A stretch of DNA of 64,000 bases from Myxococcota bacterium (lineage in GTDB: Bacteria; Myxococcota_A; UBA9160; SZUA-336), in NCBI GenBank assembly GCA_965247115.1, contig CBDFGR010000003.1:1408001-1472000 (forward strand), given 5' to 3'. A model generated the notes under the pieces. That model saw only the letters and a list, made by a program, of their open reading frames with translations. It was not told where the DNA came from and ran no database searches. Shown here in pieces: positions 57,401 through 64,000 of the stretch. Position numbers and translations under genes: made by a program. How positions within the stretch are numbered: position 1 is the first letter of the stretch; the number at the start of each line of letters is the position of its first letter.

Positions 57401-57609
57401 TCGGCGCGGGCGGCGAGGCGCGTGCGCCACTGGGCGTCGCGGTCGTCGGCGGAATGGTGTTCTCTACCCTGCTCACGTTCTTCCTGGTGCCCGTCGTGTA
57501 CATGGCGTTCGCGCAGCTGCAGGCACGCTTCGAGCGGGAGGCAGAAGAAGAGGCAGAGGGACTCGGCGCCGAGGCCCCCGAGCCCGTTAGCGCACGAGCC
57601 CAGGGTTAA
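54484..57609 (+). CDS. RND efflux permease (AcrB family)
   Basis: 1041 aa; RPV, GLVVDDSIVVLENI, KNSILIVEFA, RFRPVLMT. Confidence 0.95.
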   Translation: MRFSQACISRPVLSTVMSLVILVFGGISLSLLSNRELPDVDPPVVSVSTVYLGAAPEVVETSITQPLEDEIMGIEGIKHVTSMSREQSSQIDIEFELHRDIDIAAADVRDRVARARRELPDDAEAPIVSKVDSDASPILWMALKGGPYTQVERSTIAETQIKDRLSKLPGVGNVMLSGERRYSMRLWIDQQRLTAQQLTIADVASALQRENIDIPSGRVESTDREFSVRTLGELKTPAQYGDLIIARVDGEPVRIRDIGRAEIGPEDERTLTRQDGEPIVGLGVVKQSKANTLGVLDAVKKELDVIRTELPEGMELILSSDSSIFIKASVRDVTLTIFYAIGLVLIVIYIFLRSSRATIVPAISIPVSIVGCFAVLYFLDYSINTLTLMGLTLAIGLVVDDSIVVLENISRWIESGMTRMQAARRGIDEIAFAVIAASLSTIAVFLPLAFLTDTTGRLFREFGITVAAAVAISGFVALTLSPALCARILRGHRQDHGVKAVLASSIDGLRSGYARLLGPVLAHPVLAGVVGVAWVALGVFLLGQVEREFVPTTDRSEILIFTRAPEGSTLDYTGRYQAEVEQILGDTPEVRAFFSIVSFGFSGAGEVNRGIIFTSLKLWDERERTQQQIVAELFQKFNQVSGIEAYPTNPSMLETNMFNAPVSLVVQGPDIRQLARYGDEIKRRAGAIPGLFNVQTDLLLNKPQLAVEIDRERASDLGVSARDIASTLQILLGGLDLSTFKLRGETYDVIAQLDRPARSNPNDLFGLYVRAANGALIPLDSLVRVEETIAPPGLPHFDRLRSATVTASLLADMPLGRALTQVRAIADEVVPAGTGYSLRWSGESEQFFDSSNALLFAYVLAVILIYLVLAAQFESFIHPATIMVAVAVSFTGALLALMATGQTLNLFSQIGLVMLVGLVAKNSILIVEFANQLRAQGLEVIDAVTQAAQTRFRPVLMTALSTIAGILPLALGFGAGGEARAPLGVAVVGGMVFSTLLTFFLVPVVYMAFAQLQARFEREAEEEAEGLGAEAPEPVSARAQG

Positions 57610-57623
57610 AAGGAGGGCGCACC

Positions 57624-58547
57624 GTGGCAATCAAGGTAGGTGTCCACACGGGTCCGCAAGACCTGTCCATGGACGAGCTGCAGAGGATCTGGCAGCGGGC
57701 CGATGACGCCGGCTTCCACTGGATCTCGGTCTGGGATCACTTCTACGCCAATCCGCTGCAGAGCCGTGACAATCCGTGCTTCGAGGGCGTCGCGTCGATG
57801 GCCGCACTCGCGGCCACGACGAAGAACGTGCAGGTCGGCTGTCTGGTGTTCTGCTCGAGCTTCCGACCCCCGGGCGTGCTCGCCAAGGCGATCGTCACGA
57901 TCGATCACGTCTGCGGCGGCCGCGCGAACCTGGGCATCGGGGCGGGCTGGTTCGAGGAGGAGTGGCGCGAGTTCGGCTACGGCTTTCCGTCGCTCGGTGA
58001 GCGCATGGACCACCTGGAGGAGTCGGTCCAGGTGCTGCGCTCGCTCCTGCGCGAGGACTCGACGACCTTCAAGGGCGAGCACATTCAGGTCGACGGCGCG
58101 GTCTGCGCGCCGAAGCCACTCAACCCGCGTCTCCCGATCTGGATCGGCGGCCGCGGCAAGCAACGCACGCCGAGGCTCGCGGCGCGCTTCGCCGACGGCT
58201 TCAACATGCCGTACGTCGCGCCGGAGCTCTTCGCCGATCGCACGACCCGGGTCGATCGCTTCTGCGAGGAGCTGGGACGAGACCCCGCCGAGATCCAGCG
58301 CAGCGTCAACGTCGGCTTCTACATGAGCGCGAACGAGGCCGCCGCGCGGGCGAAGGAGCAGTCCGGCTTCGGAGGCAACATGGGCCGTGAAGGCATGCTC
58401 GTCGGCACTCCCGCACAGGCGATCGATCGCATCGGCGAGTACGAGCGCGCCGGCGCGCAGGGCCTGAACATCGCGTTCCGACCACCCGTCGACTGGGGAG
58501 CCTTCGACGCCTTCATCGAGGAGGTCCTGCCCGTATTCCACCAGTAG
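57624..58547 (+). CDS. LLM-class (probably F420-dependent) oxidoreductase, Rv1855c-like
   Basis: WDHFY, GRANLGIGAGWFEEE, WIGGRG. Confidence 0.88.
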   Translation: MAIKVGVHTGPQDLSMDELQRIWQRADDAGFHWISVWDHFYANPLQSRDNPCFEGVASMAALAATTKNVQVGCLVFCSSFRPPGVLAKAIVTIDHVCGGRANLGIGAGWFEEEWREFGYGFPSLGERMDHLEESVQVLRSLLREDSTTFKGEHIQVDGAVCAPKPLNPRLPIWIGGRGKQRTPRLAARFADGFNMPYVAPELFADRTTRVDRFCEELGRDPAEIQRSVNVGFYMSANEAAARAKEQSGFGGNMGREGMLVGTPAQAIDRIGEYERAGAQGLNIAFRPPVDWGAFDAFIEEVLPVFHQ

Positions 58548-58590
58548 AGGGCTCTGCCGGAGAACGTGAGCCGCTGCCCGGGCGCGGAGC

Positions 58591-59595
58591 CTACTTCCGC
58601 AGCGTCTCGATGAATTCTTTCTGCGCCGCGCGATCTGCGAACGGTGCCATCGAGGCCACGCGGTCGATGATGTCCCCGAAACGCGCCTTCAGACCGGCGG
58701 CAACCTTCTCGGGCTCCGCGACCACGGCGAACTCCTCGATGATCTCGTCCGTGATCAGCGTGCCCATCTCCTCCCACTTGCCCTGCTTGGAGAGCACGTT
58801 CAGCTCGCCCTGCAGTCCGCCCCACCCGTGCGTTTCGAGCACCGGCTTGTATGCAGGAGTCGAGCCGTAGAATGCGATCTGCCGAGAGGTCGCCGTGCGC
58901 GCGCGCACGTAGGCCTCCTCGTCCGACCCCGTCACCACGAACGCGGGACAGCTGATCTCGAAGTCACTGCGCTTCTTGCCCGCCTTCGCAAGGCCGCGAT
59001 CGATCGCCGGCAGCGTGACCTCGCGCATGTAGCGTTCCGTGGTGAAGGCATGCGCGATCAGGCCGTCCGCCACCTCCGCGGCCACCTCGGTCATGAGCGG
59101 ACCGACCGCCGCAAGGAACACGCGCGGCGGACCGTAGTCGGTCGCGGTGGGCGTGAACATCGGCGTCATCAGCGTGTGCGAGTAGAAGTCGCCCCGGAAA
59201 TCGAGCTTCTTGCCCTCGTACCAGCAGTCCCAGGTGGCGCGCATGGCAAGGATCAGCTCGCGCATGCGGGCCGCCGGCCTCGACCATGGCATGCTGAAGC
59301 GCTTGGTGATGTGCGCCCGGATCTGCGAGCCGAGCCCGAGGATGAAGCGACCCTTGGAGTACAGGTTCAGATCGTGTCCGATCTGGGCCAGGTTCATCGG
59401 GCTGCGCGCAAAGGCCACCGCGATGCTGGTCATGAGCTCGATCCGTTCGCTGTGCTCCGCTGCGAGCAGGATCGGGAAGAACGGATCGTTCGATGTCTCC
59501 GCCGACATGGCCGCGTCGTAGCCGGTCTCCTCGAGCTCGCGAATGCGCGCAGGCACCCCGTGGAGATCCAACGTCATTCCGCCGTCAACCTTCAT
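58591..59595 (-). CDS. LLM-class (probably F420-dependent) oxidoreductase, MSMEG_2256-like
   Basis: MKVDG after AGGA; AVAFARSPM, LGLGSQIRAHITKRFSMPWS, AFYGSTPAY. Confidence 0.9.
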   Translation of the reverse strand: MKVDGGMTLDLHGVPARIRELEETGYDAAMSAETSNDPFFPILLAAEHSERIELMTSIAVAFARSPMNLAQIGHDLNLYSKGRFILGLGSQIRAHITKRFSMPWSRPAARMRELILAMRATWDCWYEGKKLDFRGDFYSHTLMTPMFTPTATDYGPPRVFLAAVGPLMTEVAAEVADGLIAHAFTTERYMREVTLPAIDRGLAKAGKKRSDFEISCPAFVVTGSDEEAYVRARTATSRQIAFYGSTPAYKPVLETHGWGGLQGELNVLSKQGKWEEMGTLITDEIIEEFAVVAEPEKVAAGLKARFGDIIDRVASMAPFADRAAQKEFIETLRK

Positions 59596-60092
59596 CTGCT
59601 TTCTCCTTTGACACTGCGTCTCGGCCAGAGCGTTCCGAAGTTGCTCGGTCCCTCGAGCACCGTGCGAGCGGCAACGCACGCGTAGTCTGCCTGCCAGGTG
59701 CGGGGCAGCGTTCCGAACACCCGGTCCCAGAAGCGCGTGGTCACCCCGTAGTAGGCCTTCGCGCTGCAGGCGTGGTGCGCCAGGTGGTGCGCGCTCAGGC
59801 GTTCCTCCCGGGCGCTCCGCGGCGACCGGAAGTGGATCCGCCAGTGGACGTACTCGTAGTGCAGGAAGCCGCACAAGAGACCCAGCGCGAACGCGGCGGG
59901 GAGCAGCAGGAACGCGACTCCCGCAAAAGGAACCCACGCCGTCGGCGACGTGAAGACGCGACGCGCGTCCCTGTGGTGCTCGAAGTGCAGCGCTCCGACG
60001 GGCGTGCGGAAACGGTGCGAGAGCCAGCCGTGGACCGCGTACTCGACGAGCGACCAGGCCGCCAGTCCGAGAGCGAAGAGCGCGAGCGCCAC
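59592..60092 (-). CDS. Fatty acid hydroxylase/sterol desaturase family protein
   Basis: His boxes EYAVHGWLSH, HFEHH, YEYVHWRIH, HHLAHH; YGVTTRFWDRVFGT. Confidence 0.85.
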   Translation of the reverse strand: MALALFALGLAAWSLVEYAVHGWLSHRFRTPVGALHFEHHRDARRVFTSPTAWVPFAGVAFLLLPAAFALGLLCGFLHYEYVHWRIHFRSPRSAREERLSAHHLAHHACSAKAYYGVTTRFWDRVFGTLPRTWQADYACVAARTVLEGPSNFGTLWPRRSVKGESR

Positions 60093-60095
60093 GCG

Positions 60096-60866
60096 TTAGC
60101 CGGCGAGGAAGCGAGCCTGCAAGCGTCGCATACCCGCGAGCCAGCGATCGTAGTCCGAGGTCTTGCGCTGCATGTACCCGAGCACCGTCGGGTGGGGCAG
60201 GATCAGGAAGCGCTCCTCGTCGATCGCCTGCACAACGCTGTCCGCGACCTCCTCCGCCTCCAGCATTCCGTCGAGACCCGCAACGCCGCCGTTGCGGGAA
60301 TCCGCGGTCATCCCCGTGCGCACCGCCTGTGGGCACAGCACCGACACCTTGATGCCCTGATCGCCGTACGTGATCGCGAGCCACTCTGCGAGCGCCACCG
60401 CCGCGTGCTTGGTCACGGCGTAGGGCGCAGAGCCGATCTGGCTCAGCAGCCCGGCTGCGGACGCCGTGCTCAGGATATAACCCTCGCCGCGTCCGAGCAT
60501 CGACGACAGCACCGCGCGCGAGGCGAAGACATGCGCCATCACGTTGACGTCCCAGATCTTCTGCCAGCCCTCGTTCTCGACCTCGACACCGCCGGGCAGG
60601 CCGATGCCCGCGTTGGAGAAGAACAGATCGATCGGGCCGTACTCTCGCTCGGAGACCTCGACCAGGTTCCTGACCTGGTCCTCGTCGCCGACATCGACCT
60701 CCACGGCCAGGCCGCCGATCTCGTCGGCAACGGCCTTCGCCCCCGAGGAATCCCGATCGGCCACGACGACGCCGCTCGCGCCCTCTGCCTTGAAGCGGCG
60801 ACACAGAGCCCGCCCGATCCCGCTCGCGCCGCCCGTCACGACCGCATGTTTACCGCTGAGCTTCAT
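60096..60866 (-). CDS. Short-chain dehydrogenase/reductase
   Basis: [16 protein letters not shown]. Confidence 0.93.
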   Translation of the reverse strand: MKLSGKHAVVTGGASGIGRALCRRFKAEGASGVVVADRDSSGAKAVADEIGGLAVEVDVGDEDQVRNLVEVSEREYGPIDLFFSNAGIGLPGGVEVENEGWQKIWDVNVMAHVFASRAVLSSMLGRGEGYILSTASAAGLLSQIGSAPYAVTKHAAVALAEWLAITYGDQGIKVSVLCPQAVRTGMTADSRNGGVAGLDGMLEAEEVADSVVQAIDEERFLILPHPTVLGYMQRKTSDYDRWLAGMRRLQARFLAG

Positions 60867-60873
60867 GCGCGGC

Positions 60874-61293
60874 TCACCACTCCCCCGTATTCTCCATCGA
60901 CCCCCAGGGCTCTTGCTTCGCCAGCGCGTCACCCTTTTGCAGCAGCTCGATGGAGACGTTGTCGGGGGAGCGAACGAAGGCCATGCGGCCATCGCGCGGA
61001 GGCCGGTTGATCGTGACCCCGGCATCCTGCAGGCGCTGACAGGACTCGTAGATGTTGTCGACGCTGTATGCCAGGTGGCCGAAGTTCCGCCCCCCGTCGA
61101 GCTCCTCCGGGTCCCAGTTGTAGGTCAGCTCCACCTGGGCATCCTCGTCGCCCGGAGCGGCCAGAAAGATCAGGGTAAACCGGCCCTGCTCGACCTCGTG
61201 TCGCCGCAGCTCCTTCAGGCCGAGCGCCTTGGTGTAGAACTCGAGCGACTTGTCGAGGTCCGCCACGCGGACCATGGTGTGAAGGTATTTCAT
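60874..61293 (-). CDS. gloA: Lactoylglutathione lyase (glyoxalase I)
   Basis: [27 protein letters not shown]. Confidence 0.88.
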   Translation of the reverse strand: MKYLHTMVRVADLDKSLEFYTKALGLKELRRHEVEQGRFTLIFLAAPGDEDAQVELTYNWDPEELDGGRNFGHLAYSVDNIYESCQRLQDAGVTINRPPRDGRMAFVRSPDNVSIELLQKGDALAKQEPWGSMENTGEW

Positions 61294-61418
61294 GGGCCCA
61301 GCATACCGGATGCGAGGGCGTTCTGGAGAGAGCTAGCTGTGTTTGCTACGGAATTTGCTGATCCGAGGCCTCTGGGACACTCCCGCCCAGCTGGCCAGTG
61401 GTGGTGGAGGCAGGCCGC

Positions 61419-62309
61419 GTGAGCCCGCGCATCAGCGTCGCTATGCCCGTCTACAACGCCGAGCGTTTCCTCGCCGAGACCCTGGACAGCTGGCTCGCTC
61501 AGGATCTGCAAGACTTCGAGCTCGTCGTCTCAGACAACGCGTCGTCCGACAACACGCCGCGCATCCTCGACGAGTACTCCCGGCGCGACCCTCGCCTGCG
61601 CGTCCTGCGTCGCAGCGAACGGGTCATCGCCTGGGAGAACTTCAACGGGCTGGTCGAGCAGTCCTCTGCCCCCCTGTTCGCCTGGGCCGCCTCCGACGAC
61701 CTGCGCCACCCGAGCTACCTGCAAAGGCTCTCGGCTGCGCTCGACCGCGACCGCGACGCCGTGCTGGCCTACGCCCGCACGACGCTCTTCGGAGATCCGC
61801 GCCGCGAGCGCCGCCGCGCGAGACGAAGACCCGCCACTCCCGGAGTAGAGCCAGACAAGCTCGATCGCTTGATCTCGCTCCTCCGCGCCAAGGAGTGGTA
61901 CCTGATCTACGGCCTGATCCGCACCGCCGTCCTCCGCCAGACACGCCTCTTCGTCTGGCCCATGGGGTTCAACGCCGATGTCGGCCTCGCCCTGGAGCTC
62001 GCCACGTTCGGCCGCTTCTGCCACGTCCCCGAAGAGCTGGTCTCCTTTCGACTCCACCCCGCCGCAATGAGCGTCGACCCGAACGAGCCCACCCACCGCG
62101 GAGAGCTCGGACGCCGACTCGACGAGGGCGCCAAGGCCTTTGCGTCCGGCCTCGACCTCAATCCGCGCGAGCGCCAGCTCTTCCTGCGCCAGCTCCGCGT
62201 CTGGTGCCGCAAGGCACAGAAGCCAAGGCACTTTCTGTGGAAGAGCGCCGGCTTCCGCTCGCTCTACGTGAGAACCAACCACGCCCTCATCGACCTGCTC
62301 CGGCTCTGA
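61419..62309 (+). CDS. Glycosyltransferase family 2
   Basis: SVAMPVYNAERFL, SDNASSD, WAASDD. Confidence 0.9.
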   Translation: MSPRISVAMPVYNAERFLAETLDSWLAQDLQDFELVVSDNASSDNTPRILDEYSRRDPRLRVLRRSERVIAWENFNGLVEQSSAPLFAWAASDDLRHPSYLQRLSAALDRDRDAVLAYARTTLFGDPRRERRRARRRPATPGVEPDKLDRLISLLRAKEWYLIYGLIRTAVLRQTRLFVWPMGFNADVGLALELATFGRFCHVPEELVSFRLHPAAMSVDPNEPTHRGELGRRLDEGAKAFASGLDLNPRERQLFLRQLRVWCRKAQKPRHFLWKSAGFRSLYVRTNHALIDLLRL

Positions 62310-62329
62310 ATCCTCGACAGGCTGCGGAC

Positions 62330-63799
62330 TCACGGCCCCCTGACTTGCTCGTTGGAGAAGGAGCTCATGAGGCGGCTCTCCGAATACGCCGTAACCGCCA
62401 CGTAGACAGTGTCACCAGCGGGGACTTCAAGGTCGTAGCGGAAGATGTCCGCTCCCTCGGGATTCGCCATCGCGACATCAACCGGGGGACCATACGTCCC
62501 AGATGCTGCCCCAACGTAAACCATGAAGCCTGCCACGTTGCTGAGATCGGACTGCAGCCAGCGCAGCGTCTCGCTCCGGCCACCAAACCGGGACCAGTCG
62601 TAGTAGTCACTATCATCGAGACTAGCGAGCGTGGTCAGACTCATCGTCACCGGGCACTCGGCTACACCCCCATAATCCAGATCCAGGATCGCTATCTCGG
62701 AGCCTTTTCGCTTCCTACCAGTCGAACGAATGATGGCACCCTTTAGATCCAAGGGTGACCAGGTCAAGTGCCCATTGCTCACGTTCGAACCAAAATCCGT
62801 TGTAAGATTCGTCGCATCTACAACAAAGTACCCTGCACTGTCCGAGTCGATCTCCACGCACAACACATCCGATCCTGAGCCAGAAGCCGCGGGCGCAACA
62901 ACCGATAGCAGGTTGTCTTGGGTCTTCGACCACTGTCCGACGCTGATGGCAGTGGGATCGCCAACGAATCCTCCGAAGTCGATCGCGCAAGACGGGAATG
63001 GGCAGCTCGCCGAGGAGTTCGCACCGTCTTCGACGAAGTCGTAAATGTGAACGACTCCGCCTGCGCTGAGCACCATACGCGAGCCGTCCGGCGAGAAATG
63101 GACAGATCTCTCGCTCAGGCTGGTAGATGTCAGACGAATTCCACTAATCCAACTATCCGAACCAGGCGGAGTCTCAAGAGCCAGGAAGAGATCCGTTGTG
63201 CTGCCCACACTCTGCGAGTAGACGATCGTCGGAGTAACAGGATCAGCGTAAACACCCTCTAGAGAGGAGTTGGTTGGCGCGACAAGGGTTATGTCGCCGG
63301 TGAGGATATTGATCGTATAGACACCGGGGACCTGCCCAAGTTCTGCATTCTGATCTGTAAAGGCCACCCGGTCACCGTCTGGTAGCCATCTCGCCCCGAG
63401 CCCTGGAACCACATGCTCCAGGAGATTGACAAGGCCAGAGCCATCATCTGCACTGAGGTAGATGCCTTGGTTCTTGTTGTTGAGTTTGGCTACAAAGGCC
63501 AGGTCGCAGAAGTGGTTCCCATTGCTGTCAAGGATGTTGCAAGCGAGTTCTGGTTCGGGATCGCCTCCTCCGGCGCTTCCGCAATCGGCCGGACAGGTTG
63601 CCGAGTTCTCTGGATTCTGGCATTTGCCATCGCCGCATACCCTCTCGGGCGGCGCGAGGGAATCGGTTGGCACTCCGAGTAACACCAATCCCACAACTGC
63701 GCAGAGCTTGACGAGAGCCGAGGCGCCAAGTCGTCTTCCCATATTCGCAAAGCCCCCCAGGCCAGTGTTGGCGTTCCACCGCGGACGAGCTTTGAGCAT
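62330..63799 (-). CDS. Secreted protein: Cys-rich motif, TolB-like propeller repeats, C-terminal FN3-like domain (start uncertain)
   Basis: Hydrophobic leader; CGDGKC...CPADC; WLPDG, FSPDG, WSP repeats; VYVAVTAY...SNE. Confidence 0.65.
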   Translation of the reverse strand: MLKARPRWNANTGLGGFANMGRRLGASALVKLCAVVGLVLLGVPTDSLAPPERVCGDGKCQNPENSATCPADCGSAGGGDPEPELACNILDSNGNHFCDLAFVAKLNNKNQGIYLSADDGSGLVNLLEHVVPGLGARWLPDGDRVAFTDQNAELGQVPGVYTINILTGDITLVAPTNSSLEGVYADPVTPTIVYSQSVGSTTDLFLALETPPGSDSWISGIRLTSTSLSERSVHFSPDGSRMVLSAGGVVHIYDFVEDGANSSASCPFPSCAIDFGGFVGDPTAISVGQWSKTQDNLLSVVAPAASGSGSDVLCVEIDSDSAGYFVVDATNLTTDFGSNVSNGHLTWSPLDLKGAIIRSTGRKRKGSEIAILDLDYGGVAECPVTMSLTTLASLDDSDYYDWSRFGGRSETLRWLQSDLSNVAGFMVYVGAASGTYGPPVDVAMANPEGADIFRYDLEVPAGDTVYVAVTAYSESRLMSSFSNEQVRGP

Positions 63800-64000
63800 A
63801 CCAGCAGCCGTCCCCCGTCGACGGTGGTGCACCGTCCCCTGATCACTCTCGACGGACGAGGTGCTGGTTGACCGTTCCGCTGAGACCGAAGTTGTCTCAG
63901 TGGAACGGACTCAAGACATCGCTCTAGAAGGGGCTTACCGTCGAGAATACCCCTCGCCCAACCGCGAAGATTGATGTCAGGGGTAGAAAGACCATGCGGA

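Noticed and set aside
58591..60804. 737-aa ORF
   Set aside because: The 5' part is an off-frame shadow of the SDR and desaturase genes; the real start is 59595

Overview
A 64 kb, GC-rich bacterial chromosomal segment, probably from a Myxococcota-type organism (inferred from mglBA, Cys-rich secreted proteins and many F420-type LLM enzymes). Core genes: prs, typA, priA-def-fmt-rsmB-rpe, a CAU-anticodon tRNA, ffs-dnaX-ybaB-recR-mglB-mglA and gloA. Accessory genes: a chaperone-usher pilus operon, a secreted Cys-rich serine protease, a Tat-exported molybdo-flavo oxidoreductase with a membrane cytochrome b, an RND pump, two-component genes and catabolic enzymes. Three non-routine signals stand out. 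(1) Two paralogous DUF222-like/HNH genes are each bounded on both sides by a CCCCCGGGGG-centred palindrome with element-specific flanks, a candidate undescribed mobile element; one has a structured 5' leader. (2) Two GEMM-I (c-di-GMP-I) riboswitches each lie behind a sigma28-like promoter and are predicted translational OFF switches, controlling the pilus operon and an HDOD gene; one has U at the ligand-pairing position. (3) REP-like palindromes with a GGGACGGTCCTT core occur at two loci. Two frameshifts and one in-frame amber codon may be decay or assembly error. All calls were made by eye, without database searches.
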